From NCBI GenBank assembly GCA_009377445.1, contig WHUA01000001.1:582725-646724 (forward strand): a DNA stretch of 64,000 bases, read 5' to 3'. The translations under genes and the position numbers were made by a program. Positions 43,798 to 52,941 of this stretch are shown piece after piece (positions within the stretch are counted from its first letter, which is position 1; every line of letters begins with the position of its first letter). Source of the stretch: Alphaproteobacteria bacterium. Lineage in GTDB: Bacteria > Pseudomonadota > Alphaproteobacteria > UBA8366. The notes under the pieces were generated by a model that was not told the origin of the DNA, did no database searches, and was given only the letters and a program-made list of their open reading frames with translations.

Positions 43798-46569
43798 ATG
43801 TCAACCGCGCCAAAGCATGTCTATCTGATCGACGGGTCGGGCTTCATCTTCCGCGCCTTCCACGCAGTGCGCCCGCTGACCCGGCCGGACGGCACGCCGG
43901 TGAACGCGGTCTACGGGTTCACCCAGATGCTGATGAAGATATTGGGCGACACCGACGCCGACTGCCTCGCGGTGATCTTCGATGCGGCGCGGCTGACCTT
44001 CCGCAACGACATTTACCCGGCGTATAAGGCAAACCGGGCGGAGCCGCCGGAAGAGCTGGTGCCGCAGTTCGACCTGGTCCGCCAGGCGGTGCGCGCGTTC
44101 AACGTGCCCTCGATCGAGATGCCGGGCTTCGAGGCGGACGACATCATCGCCACCTACACGCGGCTGGCGAAGGAAGCGGGCGCCGAGGTGACCATCGTGT
44201 CGTCGGACAAGGACCTGATGCAGCTCGTCAACGACCGCGTCTCCATGTTCGACGCCATGAAGAACCAGGAAATCAAAGCGCCCCAGGTCATCGAGAAGTT
44301 CGGGCTCGGCCCCGAGAAGGTGGTCGAGATCCAGGCGCTGGCCGGCGATTCGTCGGACAACGTGCCGGGCGTTCCGGGGATCGGGGTCAAGACCGCGGCG
44401 CAGCTCCTGGCGGAATTCGGCGATCTGGAGACGCTGCTGAGCCGGGCGGGCGAGATCAAGCAGCCGAAGCGCCGCCAGACGCTGCTCGACCATGCCGACA
44501 TGGCCCGTCTTTCCCGCCGGCTGGTGCAGTTGCGCGACGACGTGCCGGTCGAGCGTGCGCTTGTGGATTTCTGCCGCGTCGAGGTCGATGTCGAAGCCTT
44601 GACCAGGTTTCTCGAGGAACAGGGCTTCAGGTCGATCCTGGCGCGCGTCGAGGCGAAGCATGGCATTGCGCCCGCCGCCGAGACCGCGCCGGCAGCGCCG
44701 GAAAAATCCGAATACGAATGCGTTCAGGATCTGGCGGCGCTCGAGAAGTGGATCGTGGCGGCGACCGAGGCCGGATACGTCGCGGTCGACACCGAGACGA
44801 CGTCGCTCGATGCGAACCGCGCCGCGCTCGTGGGCATCTCGCTTTCCGTGCAGCCGGGACGCGCCTGCTACATTCCCCTCGCCCATCGCGTCAGCAACGG
44901 CCAGGGGGCGCTCGATCTTGCCGGCGCGGGCGCGGCCGCCGCGAGCGCGCCGAAGCAGATCCGCCTGAAGGACGCGATCGACGCGCTGCGTCCGGTGATG
45001 GCCGATCCCGCCGTGCTCAAGATCGGCCAGAACATCAAGTACGACTCGATCGTGCTGGCGCGGCACGGCCTCGAGGTGGACCCGATCGACGACACCATGC
45101 TGATGTCCTTCGTGCTCGACGGCGGCGCCGGCAAGCACGGCATGGACGAGCTCGCCGAGCGGCATCTCGGCCACAACACGGTGAAATACAAAGACGTCGT
45201 CGGCACCGGCAAGGCGCAAGTGACGTTCGACTACGTGCCGCTCGACAAGGCATGCGCGTATGCGGCGGAGGATGCGGACGTCACGCTCAAGCTGCACCGC
45301 TTCCTCAAGCCGCGGTTGCTGGCGGAGCGCATGGTCGGCGTCTACGAGACGATCGAGCGGCCGCTGATCCCGGTGCTCGCCGCGCTGGAGCGCAAGGGCG
45401 TGCTGGTCGACCCGGCGGCGCTGCGCGGGCTCAGCCGCGACTTCGCCCAGCGCCTGGGCGCGATGGAGGACGAGATCTACAGGCTGGCCGGCGAGGTCTT
45501 CAACATCGGCTCGCCGAAGCAGCTCGGCGAGGTCCTGTTCGACAAGCTCGGCATGCAGGGCGCCGGAAAGACCAAGACCGGCGCCTACAAGACCGACCAG
45601 GACGTGCTCGAAGACCTGGCCGCCGCAGGCTACGAGCTGCCGGAAAAGGTGCTCCAATGGCGGCAGATCGCCAAGCTGAAGAGCACCTACACCGACACGC
45701 TGGTCGAACAGATCAACCCGGAGTCCGGGCGCATCCACACCTCCTACGCGATGGCGGGGGCGCAGACCGGCCGGCTGTCCTCGACCGATCCGAATTTGCA
45801 GAACATCCCGATCCGCACCGAGGAAGGCCGCAAGATCCGCCAGGCGTTCCGGGCGCGCGAGGGCTGCAAGCTGGTGTCGCTCGACTACAGCCAGATCGAG
45901 CTTCGCATCGTCGCCCACATGGCGCGCATCGACGCGCTGATCGAGGCCTTCCACGCCGGGGCCGACATCCACGCGATGACCGCGTCGCAGGTGTTCGGCG
46001 TTCCGATGAAGGACATGGATCCAATCGTCCGGCGCAAGGCCAAGGCGATCAACTTCGGCATCATCTATGGCATCAGCCCGTTCGGGCTGGCGCGCCAGCT
46101 CGGCATCGAGCAGCGTGAGGCGAAGGCCTACATAGAGGCCTATTTCGAGAAGTATCCCGGTATCCGGACATACATGGACACGGTGCGCGCCGAGTGCCGC
46201 AAGAGCGGGCGCGTCGAAACGCTGTTCGGCCGGCGCATCCATATTCCCGGCATCGCCGAGAAGAATCCCGCGCGCCGCAACTATGCCGAGCGCCAGGCGA
46301 TCAATGCGCCGATCCAGGGGACGGCGGCCGACATCATCAAGCGGGCGATGATCGGTATCCCCGACGTATTGCGGGAAAAGCGGCTCGCGGCCGACATGCT
46401 GCTGCAGGTGCACGACGAGCTGCTGTTCGAGGTGCCGGAGAATCAGGTCGTGGACACCGTTGCTGCCATGCGTGGTGTGATGGAATCGGCTGCCGGCCCC
46501 GCGGTCACGCTCGCCGTGCCGCTCGTCGTCGAGGCCGGCGTCGGCGACAACTGGGACGAGGCGCACTAA
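43798..46569 (+). CDS. polA: DNA polymerase I
   Basis: 923 aa with the 5'-nuclease domain (HVYLIDGSGFIFRAFHA), the 3'-5' exonuclease domain (VAVDTETTSLD) and the polymerase motifs (DYSQIELRIVAH, RRKAKAINFGIIYG, QVHDELLFE). Confidence 0.97.
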   Translation: MSTAPKHVYLIDGSGFIFRAFHAVRPLTRPDGTPVNAVYGFTQMLMKILGDTDADCLAVIFDAARLTFRNDIYPAYKANRAEPPEELVPQFDLVRQAVRAFNVPSIEMPGFEADDIIATYTRLAKEAGAEVTIVSSDKDLMQLVNDRVSMFDAMKNQEIKAPQVIEKFGLGPEKVVEIQALAGDSSDNVPGVPGIGVKTAAQLLAEFGDLETLLSRAGEIKQPKRRQTLLDHADMARLSRRLVQLRDDVPVERALVDFCRVEVDVEALTRFLEEQGFRSILARVEAKHGIAPAAETAPAAPEKSEYECVQDLAALEKWIVAATEAGYVAVDTETTSLDANRAALVGISLSVQPGRACYIPLAHRVSNGQGALDLAGAGAAAASAPKQIRLKDAIDALRPVMADPAVLKIGQNIKYDSIVLARHGLEVDPIDDTMLMSFVLDGGAGKHGMDELAERHLGHNTVKYKDVVGTGKAQVTFDYVPLDKACAYAAEDADVTLKLHRFLKPRLLAERMVGVYETIERPLIPVLAALERKGVLVDPAALRGLSRDFAQRLGAMEDEIYRLAGEVFNIGSPKQLGEVLFDKLGMQGAGKTKTGAYKTDQDVLEDLAAAGYELPEKVLQWRQIAKLKSTYTDTLVEQINPESGRIHTSYAMAGAQTGRLSSTDPNLQNIPIRTEEGRKIRQAFRAREGCKLVSLDYSQIELRIVAHMARIDALIEAFHAGADIHAMTASQVFGVPMKDMDPIVRRKAKAINFGIIYGISPFGLARQLGIEQREAKAYIEAYFEKYPGIRTYMDTVRAECRKSGRVETLFGRRIHIPGIAEKNPARRNYAERQAINAPIQGTAADIIKRAMIGIPDVLREKRLAADMLLQVHDELLFEVPENQVVDTVAAMRGVMESAAGPAVTLAVPLVVEAGVGDNWDEAH

Positions 46570-46689
46570 GACCGGCCGCGCGCCCGGCTCGATCGATCCG
46601 GTGATCGCGGCGCGGTGGGGAAGAGTGTTAGTATCGTCGCAAGCATCGGCGCCGCAGCCGAGCGAACAGGGCCAAACCGGGAGGAGCCA

Positions 46690-47313
46690 ATGCTGAGGAT
46701 TCTGGGGCGCAAGACGTCGTCCAACGTCATGGAAGTATTGTGGGTCTGCGGCGAGCTGAAGCTCGAATTCGAGCGCGTCGACATCGGCGGCTCGTTCGGG
46801 GGCAACGACAAGCCCGAATATCTCGCCAAGAATCCGAACGGCCTGGTGCCGACCATCGAGGACGACGGCTTCGTTCTTTGGGAATCCAACGCCATCTGCC
46901 GCTATCTCGCCGCCAAGCACGCGCCGGGCTCGACCATCTGGCCCGACGACCTGAAGACCCGCGCCGAGGCCGACAAGTGGATGGACTGGCAGCTCAGCGT
47001 CGTCGGCGGAATGATCACGCCGATCTTCTGGGGCCTCGTGCGGACCGAGCCCGCGAAGCGCGACATGAAGGCCATCGAAGCGGCGATCCAGCGCGGCTAC
47101 AAGGTCTGGGGCATGCTGGACAAGCATCTCGCGGGACGGAAGTTCGTCGCCGGCGAGCACTTCACGCTGGGCGACATCCCGGTTGGCGTCCATGCCTTCC
47201 GCTGGTTCAATCTGGTCAAGGAGCGGCCGTCGATGCCGAACTTCGAAGCGTGGTACGACAGGCTCTGCCAGCGGCCGGCCTACAAAGAGCATTGCATGAA
47301 CCCGCTGACCTAG
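46690..47313 (+). CDS. Glutathione S-transferase
   Basis: ORF 46615..47313 with the start at ATG 46690 (RBS GGAGG): MLRILGRKTSSNVMEVLWVCGELKLEFERVDIGG...NPNGLVPTIEDDGFVLWESNAICRYL. The G of its TAG stop comes from MITE copy 3. Confidence 0.9.
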   Translation: MLRILGRKTSSNVMEVLWVCGELKLEFERVDIGGSFGGNDKPEYLAKNPNGLVPTIEDDGFVLWESNAICRYLAAKHAPGSTIWPDDLKTRAEADKWMDWQLSVVGGMITPIFWGLVRTEPAKRDMKAIEAAIQRGYKVWGMLDKHLAGRKFVAGEHFTLGDIPVGVHAFRWFNLVKERPSMPNFEAWYDRLCQRPAYKEHCMNPLT

Positions 47314-47415
47314 AGCAACCTGCGTCCTATCGGACGCAGATAAGTTGCTCTAACCTTTTAAGATAGATCAATTTATCTGCAATCAGGTGATTCCACCTGA
47401 TTGCAGATTGATCTA
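47311..47415 (+). mobile_element. MITE-like two-hairpin element (copy 3)
   Basis: TA-GAGCAACCTGCGTCCTATCGGACGCAGATAAGTTGCTCTAACCTTTTAAGATA-GATCAATTTATCTGCAATCAGGTGATTCCACCTGATTGCAGATTGATC-TA. The body is 101 bp and the right arm of hairpin B lacks 4 nt. Confidence 0.9.
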
Positions 47416-47440
47416 GGCGGCCGGCTGCGAGGGAAAGACG

Positions 47441-47761
47441 ATGAACGGACCGAGAAGGGTGCACGACATGGGTGGCTTGGATGCGGACACGGTCGATCGC
47501 GGCGAGCACAAGCACGAGCCGTGGGAGAAGCGGGTGGACGCCATCCGCATGCTCTGCGCCAAGCACGACCTGCTGCGGACGGACGAGATGCGCCGCAACA
47601 TCGAGGACCTCGGCCCGGGCGTGTATGACAAGATGAGCTATTACGAGCGCTGGTGCGCCGCGATCACCAACGTGCTGCTGCAGAAGAACGTCATCACCGT
47701 CGACGAGCTCGGCCGCAAGATGGCCGAGGTCGAACGACGCTGGGCGGAGGCGCGCAAATAG
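47441..47761 (+). CDS. Nitrile hydratase beta-subunit N-terminal-domain homolog, paralog 1 (stand-alone)
   Basis: 106 aa: RVHDMGG...EPWEKRVDAIRML...RTDEMRRNIEDLGPGVYDKMSYYERWCAAITNVLLQKNVITVDEL. It aligns by eye to the N-half of classical NHase beta (IHDTGG...DWEK...DEFRHSIERMGPAHYLEGTYYEHWLHVFENLLVEKGV). Confidence 0.8.
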   Translation: MNGPRRVHDMGGLDADTVDRGEHKHEPWEKRVDAIRMLCAKHDLLRTDEMRRNIEDLGPGVYDKMSYYERWCAAITNVLLQKNVITVDELGRKMAEVERRWAEARK

Positions 47762-47874
47762 CCGCCGGGCGTTGATGACGGGATTCGATGCATGGTATGG
47801 TCCCTCACGATCTGAATTTCGGGCAAAAATGCCCATGTCGATCAGTGAGTTGAGGTATTCGAAGGAATTGGCGG

Positions 47875-48198
47875 ATGACTGCGTCGAGACGCGTGCATGA
47901 CATGGGCGGGCTGGCGGCCGGGCCGGTCGACCGCGACGAGCCCCCACATGCGGCCTGGGAAATGCGGATCGACGCGATCCGGGCGCTGGTCGCCAAGCGC
48001 AAGCTGCTCCGCACCGACGAGATCCGCCGCAACGCCGAGGATCTCGGTCCCGGCGTGTACGACAAGCTGAGCTATCACGAGCGCCGGTGCGCCGCCATCA
48101 CCAACGCGCTGCTGCAGAAGAACGTGTTTACCGTCGATGAGCTTGGCCGCAAGATGGCGGAAGTCGAGCGGCGGTGGAGCAAGGAGCAAAATCGGTGA
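47875..48198 (+). CDS. Nitrile hydratase beta-subunit N-terminal-domain homolog, paralog 2 (stand-alone)
   Basis: 107 aa. It is identical to paralog 1 at 77 of 106 positions by hand alignment. Its stop overlaps the GTG start of the next gene (GTGA at 48195-48198). Confidence 0.8.
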   Translation: MTASRRVHDMGGLAAGPVDRDEPPHAAWEMRIDAIRALVAKRKLLRTDEIRRNAEDLGPGVYDKLSYHERRCAAITNALLQKNVFTVDELGRKMAEVERRWSKEQNR

Positions 48199-48494
48199 CG
48201 GCGCGTTTCAACATTGGCGATATCGTGCGCATCCGCCGCGCGTTCCCGCCCGGCCATGTGCGCACGCCCTATTTCGCGCGCGGCAAGTCGGGCGTGGTGG
48301 ACGCGATCGCGGGCGAGTACCGCAACCCGGAAGAGCTCGCCTACGGGCGCTACGACGGCCCGGCGTTGCCGCTGTACCGCGTCCGCTTCAAGCAGGCCGA
48401 CCTATGGCCCGGCTATGACGGCCCCGCCAAGGACACGGCCATCGTCGACATCTACGAGAATTGGCTCGAACCCGACAAGGAAGGGCAGCAATGA
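48195..48494 (+). CDS. Nitrile hydratase beta-subunit C-terminal (SH3-like) domain homolog (stand-alone)
   Basis: ORF 48174..48494 with the start taken at GTG 48195: ARFNIGDIVRIRRAFPPGHVRTPYFARGKSGVVDAIAG...LYRVRFKQADLWPGYDGPAKDTAIVDIYENWLEP. It parallels the C-half of NHase beta (RFAVGDKVRV...GHTRMPRYTRGKVGTV...VYTVSF...ELWG...VDLWDDYLEP). Confidence 0.8.
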   Translation: MTARFNIGDIVRIRRAFPPGHVRTPYFARGKSGVVDAIAGEYRNPEELAYGRYDGPALPLYRVRFKQADLWPGYDGPAKDTAIVDIYENWLEPDKEGQQ

Positions 48495-49189
48495 CCGGTC
48501 CCGACAAGCATGGCCATGATCATCACGATCACGGGCACGATCATGGGCACGATCATGGGAACAGCCACGATCACGACCACGCCCGGACCTTTCAGCCGGA
48601 TATCGAGGATGCCCCCTTCGGCCAATACCAGGTGATGGCGCAGGCGCTCGGCGAAGTGCTGATCGACAAGGGCGTGATCACGCCGGACGAGATGCGCGAG
48701 CAGCTCGAATGGCTCGACGCGCGGTCCCCGTCCGACGGCGCACGGCTGGTCGCCCGCGCCTGGACCGACCCCAATTTCAAGGCGCTGCTGCTCGAAGACG
48801 TGAACGCGGCGGCCGAATCGGTTGGCGCGACTGCCGGCGACATACCGATCCGCGCGATTGAGAATACGCCGGCCGTGCATAACGTCGTCGTCTGCACCTT
48901 GTGCTCCTGTTATCCGCGCGGGCTGCTCGGCCTGCCGCCGGACTGGTACAAGTCGCGCGAATACCGCAGCCGCACGGTGCGCGAGCCGCGCGCTATTCTC
49001 GCCGAATTCGGCACGGTCATCGCCGACGATGTCGAGGTGCGCGTGCACGACAGCACCGCGGACCTGCGCTATCTCGTCCTGCCGATGCGGCCGGCCGGGA
49101 CCGAGGGGATGGCCGCCGCGGCGCTGGAAGAGCTGGTCACGCGCGACTGCATGATCGGCGTCAGCCTGCCGCGCACGCCGCGTCCGTAG
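48491..49189 (+). CDS. Nitrile hydratase alpha-subunit family protein (SCNase gamma-like) with His/Asp-rich N-terminus
   Basis: ORF 48461..49189 with the start at ATG 48491 (ATGA overlap). The metal-binding claw VVVCTLCSCYP is at 48893-48910 for C-T-L-C-S-C. LPPDWYKSREYRSR, VHDSTADLRYLVLPMRPAGTEG and VTRDCMIGVS are also present. The N-terminus is HGHDHHDHGHDHGHDHGNSHDHDH. Confidence 0.92.
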   Translation: MTGPDKHGHDHHDHGHDHGHDHGNSHDHDHARTFQPDIEDAPFGQYQVMAQALGEVLIDKGVITPDEMREQLEWLDARSPSDGARLVARAWTDPNFKALLLEDVNAAAESVGATAGDIPIRAIENTPAVHNVVVCTLCSCYPRGLLGLPPDWYKSREYRSRTVREPRAILAEFGTVIADDVEVRVHDSTADLRYLVLPMRPAGTEGMAAAALEELVTRDCMIGVSLPRTPRP

Positions 49190-49216
49190 AGGCTCGGGGC
49201 GCGGTTGGAAAGATCG

Positions 49217-49810
49217 ATGTCACCGGGCCGGCTCTGCTCGCTCCTGATCGCGATCGTGCTCGCGGGCTGCTATCTGCCGAGCGATTTCACCGCCGACCTC
49301 CGGATCACGCCGGACGGCAATTACAATTTTCAGTACACCGGGCAGCTCACCTATCTGCCGCTGCGGGAGAAGCTCGCCCAGGGCGGCCTGTCGCAATCGG
49401 AAGTCGCCGAACAGGTGAAAGCGGTCACCGACGATCTCGCGCGCGACAGGGGGTTCGAGGAAATCAGCTATGTCGACAGCGCAACGTTCCGCGTTCGCTA
49501 CAAGCGCGTCGGCAACATCCTGAGCGAGAAGAGCTACACCTTCATCCGCATCAATTCCCGGCTCCTGTCGATGGAGCGGCGCGCGGACGGCACGGTCGAC
49601 ATCTACGGCGACAAGCCGAATACGGCGGACGCCCAGCGGCTCGCGACGTCCGGTCTCGTCATGCGCGGCCAGCTTCGCATTCAGACCGAAGCGAAGGTAT
49701 TACAACAGAACGCGACGGAAATGGTGGAAGGCGCCGCGCCCGTCTATGTCTGGCGGATCGACGGCGTCGAGAAGCCGTCGCCGCGGCTCATCCTTTCCAC
49801 GCGCCCTTAG
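49217..49810 (+). CDS. Hypothetical lipoprotein
   Basis: ORF 49205..49810 with ATG at 49217. The lipobox is LLIAIVLAGC. No family is recognised. It lies immediately downstream of the NHase-like genes. Confidence 0.6.
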   Translation: MSPGRLCSLLIAIVLAGCYLPSDFTADLRITPDGNYNFQYTGQLTYLPLREKLAQGGLSQSEVAEQVKAVTDDLARDRGFEEISYVDSATFRVRYKRVGNILSEKSYTFIRINSRLLSMERRADGTVDIYGDKPNTADAQRLATSGLVMRGQLRIQTEAKVLQQNATEMVEGAAPVYVWRIDGVEKPSPRLILSTRP

Positions 49811-49831
49811 CATGGCCGGGAACGGCGACGG

Positions 49832-50269
49832 ATGACCGCAGCGAGCGTCCTCGGCCTTTTCCTGTCGGCCTTTGTCTCCGCGACCCTGGTGCCGATGTCG
49901 TCGGAGGTCGTGCTGGCGGCGCTGATCGCAGCCAATGGCCTGGACGCCGTCATGCTCGTTGCCGTCGCAACCGCCGGGAACACGCTCGGCGCCGTCGTGA
50001 ACTGGCTGCTCGGCCGGTTCTGCCTTCGGTGGCGCCACAGCAAATGGTTTCCGGTCGGCGAGGACCGCCTCGAAAAGGGCATGGATTGGTTCCGCCGCTA
50101 CGGGATCTGGTCGCTGCTTCTCGCGTGGCTGCCGGTGGTCGGCGACCCGATCACCTTCGTCGCGGGAATGGCGCGGGTCCGCCTTCCGCTGTTCCTGCTG
50201 CTGGTGGCGGCCGGCAAGGGCGCGCGCTACGCCATCATCGGCGCCGTGTCGCGGGATATCTTCAGCTGA
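49832..50269 (+). CDS. yqaA: YqaA family (DedA-related) membrane protein
   Basis: 145 aa: LGLFLSAFVSATLVPMSSEVVLAALIA...GNTLGAVVNWLLGR...YGIWSLLLAWLPVVGDPITFVAG. Confidence 0.85.
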   Translation: MTAASVLGLFLSAFVSATLVPMSSEVVLAALIAANGLDAVMLVAVATAGNTLGAVVNWLLGRFCLRWRHSKWFPVGEDRLEKGMDWFRRYGIWSLLLAWLPVVGDPITFVAGMARVRLPLFLLLVAAGKGARYAIIGAVSRDIFS

Positions 50270-50306
50270 CGCGCCGGTGATGGCATACCGCGCGCCGGAA
50301 CGGAAA

Positions 50307-50330
50307 CGGCCGGCCCTTCCGGGCCGGCCG
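50307..50330. terminator. GC hairpin between convergent yqaA and pckA
   Basis: CGGCCGGCCC-ttcc-GGGCCGGCCG is a perfect 10-bp stem. There is no U tract on either side. Confidence 0.5.
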
Positions 50331-50359
50331 CTCGATCCTTGCCGCAGCGTTCGGTCGCG

Positions 50360-51955
<1,596 letters not shown>

Positions 51956-52112
51956 TTTCGGTGCTCCTCCCAGACGGCTGCGGTGCCGCTATGGAATCCT
52001 GCGCGTTTGCGCGCTCTTTGGTGCTGCGGGATTGATATCCGGCATCCGGTGCCGAATCAACTACTCCAAAATAGTACAAATACTTGGTGATTGTGGTGAT
52101 TGCATGGTTCGG

Positions 52113-52880
52113 TCAATCGCCCCTTTCCGTCGCGGCCGGGACTCGTAACACTTTGACCAGACGGACTAATTCGCGCCGCGCCGATGCGCCGTCGTTGACC
52201 GTTTCGTGAAAATCGATGCGCGCGGCGGCGCCCTCCCGGCGAAGGTCCGCCCCCTCCGGATCGATGCCCGTCATGCGCCATCCCGGGGGCGCTCCGGCGA
52301 CCGCCGTACTGGCGTAGAGATCGACCGCGTCGCCGTGGTCGGCGTTCATATGCGCGAGGATGCCGTCCTCCTCCTCCGCCAGCGTTCCCAGCTTCGCCGC
52401 GCCGAGCAGCACGTCTCCCGCCGCAAGCCAGCAAATCCGCCCGAACCCCGCCACGAGGTGCAGGCGCTCGGTTGCGACGCGGTAGAAATTGAAATCGGCG
52501 AAGGCGGCATAGGACGCCGCCTCCGGATGGCGCGCCAGATAGCGGCGCTGCAGCCTGTCGTCGGCCGCGGCGCCGCAGAGCGGCTCGATCCGGCCCTGCA
52601 GGGTCACCCGGGCGCCCGCGAGCGGGTCGTCGAGCCCCCGCGTGCCGTCGAACAGGAGCGACACGCGGCTGTCGCCGGCAATGTTCTTCGTGTGCTCGGC
52701 GAGGCCGGAGAGCAGCAGGAGCGGCGAGCCGTCATGCGCCAGGGCGATCTGGACGAGGGAAACGTAGGGCCCGCCGGCGCCGCCCCGCTCCACGGTCGCG
52801 AGGGCCGCGGTGGCGCTGCGGCGAAGGAGCCGGCGGCAGGTGGCTGCCGGATCGGTCTCGTCTTCGGGGGCCGGGCTCAT
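52113..52880 (-). CDS. HugZ-like protein (PNPOx-like FMN-binding split barrel + DUF2470)
   Basis: 255 aa with an N-terminal split-barrel pattern (ATAALATVERGGAGGPYVSLVQIA...RVTLQGR) and a C-terminal ILAHMNADHGDAV, typical of DUF2470. Confidence 0.78.
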   Translation of the reverse strand: MSPAPEDETDPAATCRRLLRRSATAALATVERGGAGGPYVSLVQIALAHDGSPLLLLSGLAEHTKNIAGDSRVSLLFDGTRGLDDPLAGARVTLQGRIEPLCGAAADDRLQRRYLARHPEAASYAAFADFNFYRVATERLHLVAGFGRICWLAAGDVLLGAAKLGTLAEEEDGILAHMNADHGDAVDLYASTAVAGAPPGWRMTGIDPEGADLRREGAAARIDFHETVNDGASARRELVRLVKVLRVPAATERGD

Positions 52881-52941
52881 GGGCTATATTCGGGCCGCTC
52901 TTCCGGCCCGTCAAACGCCGCGGCCGGGCAGGCATTTCGGG

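Noticed and set aside
43801-47292. A 1163-aa ORF on the minus strand antisense to polA and the GST gene. Similar long antisense ORFs occur at 2238-3872 opposite dnaA, 7511-9298 opposite ubiB, 15550-17160 and 15297-16892 around the FeS gene, 50339-51844 opposite pckA, and 59166-60542 opposite ahcY.
   Set aside because: These are shadow ORFs typical of high-GC genomes. The opposite strand carries unmistakable conserved proteins. The antisense translations are low-complexity Arg/Ala/Asp/His/Leu-rich strings with no recognisable motifs. Stop codons are simply depleted in that frame by the codon bias of the real gene.
47762-47874. TTGATG-N18-TATGGT in the spacer between the two NHase beta-N paralogs as an internal promoter.
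   Set aside because: The hexamers are only moderately good and the spacing is 18 nt. There is no supporting evidence, so it is mentioned only as something to test by transcription start-site mapping.
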